A DNA stretch of 64,000 nucleotides from an uncultured Gemmatimonadales bacterium (GTDB lineage Bacteria; Gemmatimonadota; Gemmatimonadetes; Longimicrobiales; RSA9): the NCBI GenBank assembly GCA_963798845.1, contig CAWCUS010000001.1, positions 631,850 to 695,849 of the forward strand, read 5' to 3'. A model generated the notes under the pieces. That model worked only from the letters and a program-made list of their open reading frames with translations, had not been told where the DNA came from and made no database searches. A program made the position numbers and the translations under genes. Below are positions 52,286-61,764 of the stretch, piece after piece. The first letter of the stretch is position 1, and each line of letters starts with the position of its first letter.

Positions 52286-53652
52286 CGTGGACCTCGCCGC
52301 CGCCGGGCGGCCGCCGGTTCTCCGGCGCGGACAGCTCCTGGTGGCACATGGAGGAGCCCACCAATCAGATGGCCATCACCGTGGTCCTGACGTTCGATGG
52401 CCCGATCGACGAGGACCGTCTCCACGCCGTGCTCCGCGATCGGCTCCTGCGCCACGACCGCTTCCGGCAAATGGTGGTGGAGTCTCCGCTCGGGTTCGGC
52501 CGCCCTCAATGGGTGGAGGACCCGGGGTTCTCCCTGGAGCGGCACCTGAGCCGGATCCGCCTGCACGACGGCGGCGGGAAGGCGGAGCTCCAGCGGGTCG
52601 CAGGGCTGGAGATGAGCCGCCCTCTCCACCCGGACCGCCCCCTGTGGCGCATGGTCTACGTCGACGGCTTCGAAGGCGGCTCCGCCCTCGTGATCCGCAT
52701 CCACCACTGCATCGCCGATGGCCTCGCCCTCGTACGGGTCCTCATGACCCTCGGCGATCCTACGGACGGTGCGTGCGGCGAGCGGGCGAGCCCGGCCGTC
52801 CTCGACCCCGCCACGTACGCCTCGCCTTCGGTCACGATGACGGCGGGAGAGGCGGCGGAGCGCGACTTCGTCCGAGCCCTGGCGCTGGGCACCCGCGCTG
52901 CGGGGTCGCTCGGCCGCCTCGTGGGGCTGCGCCCGGACCCGCGGACCGCGCTGCGCGGGCCGCTGTGCCGGGAGAAGCGCGCGGCGTGGTCGCGTCCAAT
53001 GTCGCTGCGGCGGCTCCGGGCCGCCTCTCGCGCCGCCGGCGCCACGCTCAACGACGTGGTGGTCGCCGCCGTGGCGGGCGGACTGGGGCGCTTCCTGGCG
53101 GAGAAGGGAGAGCAGCTCACGCGTGAAGTCCGCGCGGTGGTCCCCGTGAACCTGCGCCGCAACGGCGACGAAGAAGCGCTGGGCAACCGCTTCGGGCTGA
53201 TCTTCGCTCCGTTGCCGCTGGGCATCCCGAATCCTCTCGAGCGTCTCGGCGCGGTGCACGCTACCCTGAGCCGGCTCAAGCGCTCGCCCCAGCCGATGGT
53301 GATCTACGGCCTGCTGGAGCTCCTCGGCCGTACGCCGCGCGCCGCCCTCGACCTGGCCGTCTGGCTCCTCGGCAGCAAGGGCTCGCTGGTTCTCACGAAC
53401 GTGCCGGGTCCCCGTCGCAGGATTCGCATCTGCGACCGTGAGCTCCTGTCTGTCGTCGGCTGGGTTCCCCAGTCCGGCCGATTGGGGCTCGGTGTCAGCA
53501 TCCTCAGCTACGCGGACGAGATCCGGCTGGGCGTCGCCACGGATGCCGCGATCCTCCCGTGCCCGGACCACCTGGTGGGCGCCATCCAGGATGCTGCCGA
53601 CCAGATCCTCGACACCGTTCGCCCGCCCCGGGTGGCGGAGGTGGTGGCATGA
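52282..53652 (+). CDS. Wax ester synthase/acyl-CoA:diacylglycerol acyltransferase (WS/DGAT)
   Basis: Catalytic HHCIADG (HHxxxDG) motif, N-terminal WHMEEPTNQMAI pattern and the C-terminal WS/DGAT domain (NVPGP..). ATGA overlap with the HMGR stop. Confidence 0.88.
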   Translation: MTWTSPPPGGRRFSGADSSWWHMEEPTNQMAITVVLTFDGPIDEDRLHAVLRDRLLRHDRFRQMVVESPLGFGRPQWVEDPGFSLERHLSRIRLHDGGGKAELQRVAGLEMSRPLHPDRPLWRMVYVDGFEGGSALVIRIHHCIADGLALVRVLMTLGDPTDGACGERASPAVLDPATYASPSVTMTAGEAAERDFVRALALGTRAAGSLGRLVGLRPDPRTALRGPLCREKRAAWSRPMSLRRLRAASRAAGATLNDVVVAAVAGGLGRFLAEKGEQLTREVRAVVPVNLRRNGDEEALGNRFGLIFAPLPLGIPNPLERLGAVHATLSRLKRSPQPMVIYGLLELLGRTPRAALDLAVWLLGSKGSLVLTNVPGPRRRIRICDRELLSVVGWVPQSGRLGLGVSILSYADEIRLGVATDAAILPCPDHLVGAIQDAADQILDTVRPPRVAEVVA

Positions 53653-55553
53653 GCACCGCAGCTCGGGATCCGGACGCCCGTCCGCTCGCCCTGGTCCGCG
53701 GCGAAACGGGCAGCGACGCGCCCCCGGCACCCCCCGCGCCTCCGGCGGAGGAAGCGGCGCTGGAGGGGGCGCCAGCGGAGTCGGCGCTGGCCGGGCTCGT
53801 CCCGCGCACCGCGCCGCACCTCCACGCCACCTATCGGAGCGTCATCGGTCGCTTCTTCGGCGTGCACCGGCACGTCCTGGGTCTGCTGGTGGGGGCGAGG
53901 GTCGCGAGGGCGGACGGGCTGCCGCCGGACCAGCGCCGCCGCTTCCGGTCGCTTCCACTGCGCGCGTCCGCCGCGGTGCTGCGCCCGCTCCTGCTCCGAG
54001 AGCTGCGCCACGCTCCCTTCCCGGAGCAGCTGCGCCGTCGCCTGGAGCTGCTCGGTCCCACGTACGTGAAGCTCGGCCAGATCATGGCCATCCGTGAGGA
54101 CCTGCTCCCCGCCCCCGTCTGCCGGGCGCTCCAGGTGCTCTTCGACCACGTGCCGCCGGTGCCGTTCGAGACCGTGCGCCTGACCCTCGAGCGGGAGCTG
54201 GGCCGCCCGATACACCAGGCGTTCCGCTGGGTAGACGAGGAACCGCTCGGCTCGGCGTCCATCGCGCAGGTGCACCAGGCCGAGACCGTCACCGGCGACG
54301 CCGTGGTCGTGAAGGTCATGAAGCCCGGAATCCGCCGCTCGATCGAGACCGACCTGCGCCTGCTCCGCTGGCTCGGCGCGCTTCTCCAGCACGTGCTGCC
54401 GCGCTACCAGCCGCGCCGGATCATCGACGAGTTCGGCACCTACACGCTTCGAGAGCTCGACTTCACCGCCGAGGCGGACAACGCCGAGACGTTCGCCGCC
54501 AACTTCCACGACACCCCGGAAGTGTGCTTCCCGCGCATCTACCGCGAGCTCACCACGCCCTCGCTCCTCACCATGGAGCTGCTGCGGGGGTTCAAGCCAT
54601 CCGATCCCCGGGCACGCGCCCTCTCCGCCGACGACCGCGAGCGCCTCACCGACCTCGGCGCCGGCGCCATCATCCGCATGCTGTACCGCGACGGCTTCTT
54701 CCACGCCGATCTCCATCCGGCCAACCTCCTCATCCTCGGCCGTGAGACGGTTCGCGCCGCGGGGGCTGGAGTCGGCGGGGGGGGCGCGTGGGGCGCCGCG
54801 GGCAGCGCGGCGGCAGCCTCGAAGGCCGCCCATGCAGCCGACCACAGCGATCGCGACACGCTCCGTGTGGGCTTCGTGGACCTCGGGATGGTGGGACGCT
54901 TCGAGGACCGGATGCGCCGTCGCATGCTCTACTACTACCACGCGCTGGTCACCCGCGACGTGGAAGGGGCGGCCAAGTTCCTCGGCCAGATGGCCGAGCT
55001 CGGCCGTGGCGCCGACCCCGTCGCCTTCCGGCGCGCCGTCGTGGACCTCTCGCGTCGCTTCGTCACCCGCGCCGAGCGCGGCGAGTTCAGCATCGCCCAG
55101 CTCATCCTCGAGTCCATCGGCCTCGGCGCCCGCTACCGCGTCTACTTCCCCGTGGAGATGACGCTCATGGTCAAGGCGCTGGTCACGTTCGAGGGCGTCG
55201 GTCGCATGCTCGACCCCCACCTCGACGTCACGGCGATCTCACGCCGTCACGTCAGCCGCATCCTCCAGCGACAGTTCACGCTCGAGCGGGTCAGCCGCGA
55301 GGTGCTGCGCGAAGCCCCCGAGCTGATCGAGCTCGCCGTCGGTCTCCCCCAGCTGCTGGTCAGCGGCAGCCGCTTCCTCGAGGAGAGCTTCGACCGACGC
55401 CCTCCCCGCGACCCCGCCACGGGCCTCCGCTCCGCGGTGCTCGCCGGCGCATGCCTCATCGGCGGCGTTCTCACCCTCACCGCGGCCGGACCGCCCGCGC
55501 TCTGGATCCCCCTCTTCGGCCTCGCCGCCGTCATGGCGGTGTGGCGGGGCTAG
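53649..55553 (+). CDS. ABC1/UbiB(ADCK)-family atypical protein kinase with C-terminal TM helices
   Basis: LGPTYVKLGQ, GSASIAQVH, VVVKVMKPG, FHADLHPANLLI, VDLGMVG, and two C-terminal hydrophobic helices. ATGA overlap with the WS/DGAT stop. Contains a Gly/Ala-rich insertion between the catalytic loop and the DLG motif. Confidence 0.88.
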   Translation: MSTAARDPDARPLALVRGETGSDAPPAPPAPPAEEAALEGAPAESALAGLVPRTAPHLHATYRSVIGRFFGVHRHVLGLLVGARVARADGLPPDQRRRFRSLPLRASAAVLRPLLLRELRHAPFPEQLRRRLELLGPTYVKLGQIMAIREDLLPAPVCRALQVLFDHVPPVPFETVRLTLERELGRPIHQAFRWVDEEPLGSASIAQVHQAETVTGDAVVVKVMKPGIRRSIETDLRLLRWLGALLQHVLPRYQPRRIIDEFGTYTLRELDFTAEADNAETFAANFHDTPEVCFPRIYRELTTPSLLTMELLRGFKPSDPRARALSADDRERLTDLGAGAIIRMLYRDGFFHADLHPANLLILGRETVRAAGAGVGGGGAWGAAGSAAAASKAAHAADHSDRDTLRVGFVDLGMVGRFEDRMRRRMLYYYHALVTRDVEGAAKFLGQMAELGRGADPVAFRRAVVDLSRRFVTRAERGEFSIAQLILESIGLGARYRVYFPVEMTLMVKALVTFEGVGRMLDPHLDVTAISRRHVSRILQRQFTLERVSREVLREAPELIELAVGLPQLLVSGSRFLEESFDRRPPRDPATGLRSAVLAGACLIGGVLTLTAAGPPALWIPLFGLAAVMAVWRG

Positions 55554-55638
55554 CGACGCCCTTGCCCTGGTTGCCGGACGCGACGGGACGGCCGACACTA
55601 CGGGTAGACGCCTGCACCCTACCACCCCGACACCCGCG

Positions 55639-56190
55639 ATGATGAGTGAAATCGAGAACGACGCCTCGACCCCGCCCACGACGCCCGCCGGGCCGCCGGC
55701 GCCGCCTCCGCCCCTGGACCTTCGCGTGGCGGAGGTGACGGAAGCGGACGAGCATCCGAACGCGGACCGGCTGCTGATCCTCCGGGTCGACCTGGGAGAC
55801 GAGCGCCGCCAGCTGGTAGCGGGGCTGGCGGGGATCTACGACCCGGCGGAGCTGGTGGGGAAGCGGATCGTCGTCGTGGCGAACCTGAAGCCGGCACGTC
55901 TGCGCGGGGAGGCGAGCCAGGGAATGCTGCTCGCCGCCCACGGCGACGGGAAGGTCGGCGTGCTCCTCGCTCCGGACGCGGTGCCGGGCACGCCGCTCGA
56001 GACCGGGGCCCGCGCGGACACCGGAACCTCGCAAGCAGCCCCGCCCGCCGAAACGCCGCCGCAGATCACGATCGACGACTTCGGCCGCCACACGATCATC
56101 GCCTCGGCCGAAGGTGTGAGCCTGGACGGAACGCGGGTCGAGCGGCCCCGGCTGGTGGTCGACCGAGAAGCCTGGGGTCCGGTGAAGTAG
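55639..56190 (+). CDS. tRNA-binding-domain (CsaA/Trbp111-like) protein with Pro-rich N-terminal and extra C-terminal segments
   Basis: LDLRVAEVTEADEHPNADRLLILRVDLGDERRQLVAGLAGIYDPAELVGKRIVVVANLKPARLRGEASQGMLLAA matches the OB-fold tRNA_bind pattern. Confidence 0.8.
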   Translation: MMSEIENDASTPPTTPAGPPAPPPPLDLRVAEVTEADEHPNADRLLILRVDLGDERRQLVAGLAGIYDPAELVGKRIVVVANLKPARLRGEASQGMLLAAHGDGKVGVLLAPDAVPGTPLETGARADTGTSQAAPPAETPPQITIDDFGRHTIIASAEGVSLDGTRVERPRLVVDREAWGPVK

Positions 56191-56321
56191 GTGGGCGGGA
56201 AGGGGGCTGGCGTACCCCCCGGGCGAGCCCACCGCGCGACCCTTGCCGGCGGCGCCGTTCGTCGCCATTGAAGAGGAGCGGCGTACACACGCACGACGGG
56301 CGGCGCGCCCGGGAGGTCGGC

Positions 56322-56636
56322 ATGGCAGCAGCGACAATGGACCGGATGATCGCCTTCTGCGGGTCGGACTGCGACGCCTGCCCGATCTATCTGGCCACGC
56401 CCGATACGGGGGACACCGGCTCGGTCGCGCGGGCGATCACGGACTGCGACGGCTGCCGCGCGGGCGCTCGTCTGTTCGCGGAGTGCGAGGAGTGCGAGAT
56501 CCGGAAGTGCGCCCTGGCACGGGGGCTCGAAGGCTGCGCCCGCTGCGACGACTTCCCGTGCGACGTCCTCCGCCCCCACCTCGCCTACGATCCCTGCGCG
56601 AGAACGCAGCTGGAGTCGCTGCGCGCGCGGTCGTAG
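56322..56636 (+). CDS. DUF3795-like Cys-rich protein
   Basis: IAFCGSDCDACPIY... plus further C..C pairs (CDGC, CEECEIRKC, CARCDDFPC), typical of DUF3795. The start is uncertain (56268, 56322 or 56337). Confidence 0.6.
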   Translation: MAAATMDRMIAFCGSDCDACPIYLATPDTGDTGSVARAITDCDGCRAGARLFAECEECEIRKCALARGLEGCARCDDFPCDVLRPHLAYDPCARTQLESLRARS

Positions 56637-56649
56637 GCCAGGCGGCGGA

Positions 56650-57048
56650 TCAGGGGCCGAAGAGCGCGACCAGGGCGAAGCAGGCGGCGAGGACCAGCGT
56701 CGCCGGCGACATGACGAGCCGCTCGACCCGCGATTTCGACGCCAGGTTCCCGAAGAAGTTGACAGCGAAGAACGCCGCCGACACCCACGTGGCCGCGTGC
56801 ACCGAGGCCGGCTCCGGTCCGGGCGGCGCCAGCCCCGCGCGCGCCAGCACCACCCACCCCGCCACGGCGAGGATGAGCGCGGCCAGTGCGCTGCCGAGCC
56901 GGAGCCGGGGCGGTAGCACCGGGTAGGCGCCTCCCCACGCGGCTCGCCCGAGCGGCAACCCTGCGGCGAGCAGGAGCTGGAGGACGGCCACGGCGGCGAG
57001 CACCGACGCGGCCACGAGGGCGGCGATCCGGGAGAGCGTCATCGGCAT
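56650..57048 (-). CDS. Hypothetical small polytopic membrane protein
   Basis: The C-terminal 132 aa of a long tool ORF form about 4 hydrophobic helices with coding-like codon bias. The upstream ~375 codons of the tool ORF are Arg/Pro/Ala-rich and not believed. Confidence 0.5.
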   Translation of the reverse strand: MPMTLSRIAALVAASVLAAVAVLQLLLAAGLPLGRAAWGGAYPVLPPRLRLGSALAALILAVAGWVVLARAGLAPPGPEPASVHAATWVSAAFFAVNFFGNLASKSRVERLVMSPATLVLAACFALVALFGP

Positions 57049-57427
57049 CTGGGTTCCGGCCGGAACATAGGCTGCTCGCGGCTCCGCTGCACCCGGGCGA
57101 GCGGACGCCGCTGACCGGAGTGTACCAGGAGCGCCGACACCAAGCCGCTCCATTCGCCGGCCCGGCCGATTCGCTTGCCTTCGCCGGCTCCCCGGGGCAT
57201 TTTGTGATGGACGTGGCGGCTCTCGCCCTGCCGAACCCCCTCTGCGATTCGCCGTTCGCGTAACGGGTGCCCCCACCCGGACACAGTGACCTCCCAACAC
57301 AGCACGGACCCGACGTCGGGACGGGCCACCGCGCGCGCCGCCTGACCATGGCGTCGGGCGTCGCCGTTGGTGCGATGGCGGGTCGGTCGTGAGGAACGGG
57401 CCCAGGTCCAGGCTGAATCCTGAGGGG

Positions 57428-58075
57428 ATGAGCATGAAGGATGGCACCGGCCGACGGAGGTACCCCGGGGTCCCGGGACGGCGCCCCCGCGCGCTCCCCA
57501 TCGCCCACGCGCTGGCGTCACAGGCGGTCGGCACCGAGCGGCTGAGGGTCCGCGTCCCGTGGAGCGTTCCCGAGCTCGTCCGGTCGACGCTGGCCCTCGC
57601 CTGGCACGGTGGCGCCCCGCGCCCCGCCGCCATCGTCAGTCTCCTCTTGGTGGTATGCGCTGCGGCGGTCGCAGCGATGGTCCAGTGGGCGCGCGGAGGC
57701 TGGGACGCGGTGGATGCGCTGGCACTCGCCGTCATCGTGGTGCCGCCGCTCCTGGTGGTCTTCCTCGGCATGCCCGCGTCCGCGTTCTGGCACACGTGGC
57801 CCGTCCTGCGCCACGCCTCGGTCGCCGGCCACTGGGAAGTTCGCCTCGGCGACGGCGGATTCGCCCTCCTCGCCGCCGCCAGCGCCGCCGGGACACCCTG
57901 GCAGCGAGTGGAGCGCGTGGTGGAGACGGATGGGTTCTTCCTCTTCTTCGTGGATCGCGCCGCGCTGGCGCTCCCCCGTCCCGCGCTCACGCCGGGGGAT
58001 ACGCGCGTCCTCCGGGCGTTGCTGTGGGCGAAGCTCGGCGAACGGTTCATCCTTCGACACGGCCAGGCGGCCTGA
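57428..58075 (+). CDS. YcxB-like membrane protein
   Basis: Two TM helices followed by the YcxB-like C-terminal pattern (WQRVERVVETDGFFLFFVDRAALALPRPAL..). The start is uncertain (57389 or 57428). Confidence 0.55.
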   Translation: MSMKDGTGRRRYPGVPGRRPRALPIAHALASQAVGTERLRVRVPWSVPELVRSTLALAWHGGAPRPAAIVSLLLVVCAAAVAAMVQWARGGWDAVDALALAVIVVPPLLVVFLGMPASAFWHTWPVLRHASVAGHWEVRLGDGGFALLAAASAAGTPWQRVERVVETDGFFLFFVDRAALALPRPALTPGDTRVLRALLWAKLGERFILRHGQAA

Positions 58076-58224
58076 GGATCCTGGACGACACGCCGGCGGT
58101 GGATCCGGCCCGGCACGTTCCTTCCTCCCGGGGCCCGACCGTTCGGCAGGGCACCCCGGGCAGCGCCGGCAGGCAGCACGAGCGCGCCTTAGATTCGGCA
58201 GCGGACCCGATTCACGGAGCGGTG

Positions 58225-60414
58225 ATGTTCATGCACGCAACGTCTCCCCTTTTTCCCTGGCTGCTCGCGGCCACGGCGTTCGCCGCGGCGTCTGGAGGGT
58301 GCTCGGACGCCTCCGTGACGGCCCCGCCCGACAATGGGGGCGAGCCGCTTCCCTCGCAGGATGGGCATCGCTTCACCTACTCGCCGCCACCGCAGGCGCC
58401 TCCGATCGCCGACATCAGCGTCCGGGGGAGCTTCAACGGGTGGGAAGAGAAGCCGATGGCGAAGGGCACGAGTGGGGTCTGGCAGGTCGTCGTCGACCTC
58501 CCGGACGGGACGCATCAGTACAAGTTCTACGTGAACGGTGCGTGGGTGAACGACATGTGCTACGACCCCACGTGGGGCGATCCGGACAACGGGTATGTCG
58601 TGGACCCGGCAGCGACCGGATGCGTGTCGGACGGAAACAGCGGCGCGAACGCGGTGCTGGCGCTGGGCGCGCTGCAGCTGGACTTCCGCCACCAGCCCGG
58701 CGGGGCCGCGTACGTGTCGGAGGCCGGGGGTCGCCTGTCGGTGCGGTTCAGGGCGCGCGCCGGGGTGGTGACGACGGCCGCCGTGGCCGCCGGGGACTCG
58801 ACCTTCCCGATGCACCTGCAGCTGGTGGACGGGATCACGGAGGTGTGGCGAGCGTCGTTGCCGGACGCGACGACCGGCTACGCGATTGACGTCGCCACGG
58901 TGGACAGCACGGCGCACTTCGGGCCGTACCAGGTGCCGGCGAGCCTGTTCCGCTCGATTCGGTGGGTGGAGGACGCCGTCGGCTACCAGATCTTTCCGGA
59001 GCGCTTCTGGAACGGAGACCGTGGCAACGACCACTGGACAATGGACACGGACGAGATCCACTTCCGGGACCCGTCGCTCCCGCCGTGGGACACGGTGTTC
59101 ACCGACGACTGGAGCGGTCCGGCCACCGGATGGCTCCCCTCGCACCAGTACTTCGGCGGGGACCTCCAGGGCATCATCGACCGTCTGGGACACCTGGATT
59201 CCCTCGGGGTGAGCGCGGTCTACCTCAACCCGGTCTTCCTGGCCGGCTCCGCACACGGGTACGACACGTACGACTACCTGAAGGTGGCGCCGAACCTCGG
59301 GGACAGCACGCTGCTCCGATCGTTCCTCGACGCCGCGCACGCGCGGGGAATCCGCGTGATCTGGGATTTCGTTCCGAACCACGTGGGTATCGGCCACTGG
59401 GCGTTCCAGGATGCCCTGGCGAAGGGAGAGGCGAGCGAGTACTGGGACTGGTTCACCTTCAAGGTGCCCGCGGACTCCGTCCAGGCCGGGGACGACGATG
59501 ACTACGAGAGCTGGGGAGGTAGCGGTTCGCTTCCGGAGCTCCGGACGGACAACCCGGAGGTGATGGACCACCTCCTGGACGTCACCCGCCACTGGACGAC
59601 CTTCGGCTTTGACGGCATCCGCGTGGACGTCCCGTTCGACATCGGCAACCGCAGCACGTTCTTCCCGGCGTTCCGCGCCGCGGCGAAGGCGATCGACCCC
59701 GAGGCGTATCTCGTGGGCGAGATCTGGAACCAGGTGCCAAGCTGGCTGCGGGGGGGCGAGTTCGACGCACTCATGAACTACGCCCTCGGCCAGCGCATGG
59801 TGGAAGCGTTCGCCGACGGCGACATCAGCGGTGTAGCGGCGGCCCGACGGATGGCGTCCATGTACACCGAGTACCCGGAGGCGGCCGTGGCCATGATGTT
59901 CAACGTCATCGCGTCCCACGATACCGACCGGCTGCTCACCATGCTCGGCGGTGGCCACTACGGGGCGACCCCCGGCCCCGAACCGCTCGCCCGACAGCGG
60001 CTCGCCTCCGCGCTGCTCTATGCGCTCCCCGGCATGCCCGTCACGTTTCAGGGCGACGAGTGCGCCCAGCTCGGCGCCAAGTCGAGGAGCGACATGGAGC
60101 GTTACCCGGTGCAATGGAGCCAGTGCGACCGGGAGATGGTGGGGCACTACGTCCGGCTGGCCGGGCTGAAGCACGGGCTGGCGGCCCTCGGGTCTCCCGT
60201 GGTTCGGGCGGGTGAGGCTTCGCCGACCCTGCTCTCGTTCCACCGGGGCGAGCCGGGCCCGGGTGAGGTGCTGGCCGTGTTCAACAACGGCTCCGGTGAG
60301 GCAACGCTCGCGCTCCCGCCCGGCATCTGGAGCGACGCGGAGACCGGCGAGGCGGTGAATGGGAGCGTGGCCATGGAGGGACTCGGCTGGCGCTACCTGG
60401 TCCGGGGCGACTGA
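58225..60414 (+). CDS. GH13 alpha-amylase-family lipoprotein with an N-terminal CBM48/E-set-like domain
   Basis: Lipobox (AAASGGCS). CBM48-like segment (ISVRGSFNGWEEKPMAKGTSGVWQVVVDLPDGTHQYKFYVNGAW). GH13 regions (YQIFPERF, DFVPNHVG, GFDGIRVDV, GEIW, ASHDTDR). Confidence 0.9.
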   Translation: MFMHATSPLFPWLLAATAFAAASGGCSDASVTAPPDNGGEPLPSQDGHRFTYSPPPQAPPIADISVRGSFNGWEEKPMAKGTSGVWQVVVDLPDGTHQYKFYVNGAWVNDMCYDPTWGDPDNGYVVDPAATGCVSDGNSGANAVLALGALQLDFRHQPGGAAYVSEAGGRLSVRFRARAGVVTTAAVAAGDSTFPMHLQLVDGITEVWRASLPDATTGYAIDVATVDSTAHFGPYQVPASLFRSIRWVEDAVGYQIFPERFWNGDRGNDHWTMDTDEIHFRDPSLPPWDTVFTDDWSGPATGWLPSHQYFGGDLQGIIDRLGHLDSLGVSAVYLNPVFLAGSAHGYDTYDYLKVAPNLGDSTLLRSFLDAAHARGIRVIWDFVPNHVGIGHWAFQDALAKGEASEYWDWFTFKVPADSVQAGDDDDYESWGGSGSLPELRTDNPEVMDHLLDVTRHWTTFGFDGIRVDVPFDIGNRSTFFPAFRAAAKAIDPEAYLVGEIWNQVPSWLRGGEFDALMNYALGQRMVEAFADGDISGVAAARRMASMYTEYPEAAVAMMFNVIASHDTDRLLTMLGGGHYGATPGPEPLARQRLASALLYALPGMPVTFQGDECAQLGAKSRSDMERYPVQWSQCDREMVGHYVRLAGLKHGLAALGSPVVRAGEASPTLLSFHRGEPGPGEVLAVFNNGSGEATLALPPGIWSDAETGEAVNGSVAMEGLGWRYLVRGD

Positions 60415-60494
60415 GCCGTGGCGCGCCAGCCCATGCGCCGATCGGGCGGAGTCCGGATGCGGGCGGCGTCGGCGGCGGCCGCCGGGGCGGTCGC

Positions 60495-60926
60495 GTGGTG
60501 ATCCGGTTCGTCGTCTACGGTCTGCTCGGCTGGGCGGTGGAGATCGTGTTCACCGCGGCCAAGCGGCTGCGGGACCCCGGCCGATGGCGGCTCGAGGGGA
60601 GAACCTACGTCTGGATGTTCTTCATCTATGGCCTCATCGCCCCGCTGTACGAGCCGCTCCACGACGCCATCCGTGTCTGGCCGCTGCCGGCCCGCGCGCT
60701 GCTGTACGGCGCCGGGTTCCTGCTGGTGGAGTACCTCTCCGGTTGGGTGCTGCGGCGGCTCACGGGCGCGTGCCCATGGGACTACACGAAGCGGGCGCGC
60801 TGGCACCTGCACGGGCTCATCCGCTGGGACTACGCCCCGCTGTGGATGCTGCTCGGTCTGGCACTCGAGCCGGTTCACGATTTCCTGGTGAGGCTCACGC
60901 CCGCCATCCGCGACGCCCTCGGGTAG
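60495..60926 (+). CDS. Small membrane protein of the putative ABC-transporter type IV (CmpB-like) family
   Basis: FVVYGLLGWAVEIVFT.. and ..CPWDYT..H..GLIRWDYAPLW motifs with 4 TM helices. GTG start. Confidence 0.6.
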   Translation: MVIRFVVYGLLGWAVEIVFTAAKRLRDPGRWRLEGRTYVWMFFIYGLIAPLYEPLHDAIRVWPLPARALLYGAGFLLVEYLSGWVLRRLTGACPWDYTKRARWHLHGLIRWDYAPLWMLLGLALEPVHDFLVRLTPAIRDALG

Positions 60927-61058
60927 GCCGTCCCGCCGTCCCCGCGCGCATCGCGCACCCGCCTTGCGCGACGGGGGACGCTCGGCTTGCTCGCCGCACC
61001 GCCGAACCGCTAGCGTGCTGGGCTCACCCACGACCACAGGGGGACGGCGGGAGATGTA

Positions 61059-61676
61059 GTGGACGCGCTCACCGTACGCGGATTGACCCGGAGCTTCGGC
61101 CCGCTCCGGGTGCTGGATGCCATCGATTTCACGGTCCCGCGCGGCCGGGTGGCCGTGCTGCTGGGGCCGAACGGCGCGGGCAAGACGACGCTGCTGCGCT
61201 GCGTGGTGGGCGCGGAGCGCCCGGACGCGGGGGAGGTGGTGCTCGAGGGGCACCGCATGGACGAAACCGACCCGTGGGTCCGGGCGGCGGTCGCGGCAGT
61301 CCTGGATGACATGGATTTCTTCCCGGACCTCTCGGTCCTCGAGCACCTCCAGCTGCTCGCGCTGGCACACGGCGGGGACCCGGCAAACGTCCCGGAGGTG
61401 GTGACGGAGCTGGGGCTCGATCCCGCCCGCGACCAGCTACCGGCGACGCTTTCGAGTGGCCAGCGACGCCGGCTGGCGCTGGCTTCCTGCTTCGTCCGTC
61501 CGCGTCGTCTGCTCGTGCTGGACGAGCCCGAGCAGCGGCTGGACGTGCGAGGCCGCGCGTGGCTCGCCCGGCGGCTGAAGCGTGAGAAGGCGGACGGCAC
61601 CACCGTGCTCATGGCGTCCCACGATTCCGAGCTGGTCGACGCCGTGGCCGACCTCCGGATCGAGCTGGGCGCGTGA
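61059..61676 (+). CDS. ABC transporter ATP-binding protein (short, single NBD)
   Basis: Walker A (GPNGAGKTT), signature (LSSGQRRR), Walker B (LLVLDEP), H-loop (ASHD). GTG start. Confidence 0.88.
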   Translation: MDALTVRGLTRSFGPLRVLDAIDFTVPRGRVAVLLGPNGAGKTTLLRCVVGAERPDAGEVVLEGHRMDETDPWVRAAVAAVLDDMDFFPDLSVLEHLQLLALAHGGDPANVPEVVTELGLDPARDQLPATLSSGQRRRLALASCFVRPRRLLVLDEPEQRLDVRGRAWLARRLKREKADGTTVLMASHDSELVDAVADLRIELGA

Positions 61677-61764
61677 GCCGACGCGCCACACCCGCCACCA
61701 CCCCGTGCTGCGGCGACGCCCACCGGGTCGGGCGGGCGCACGCGGAAGGCGGGGGCGGGGCCAC

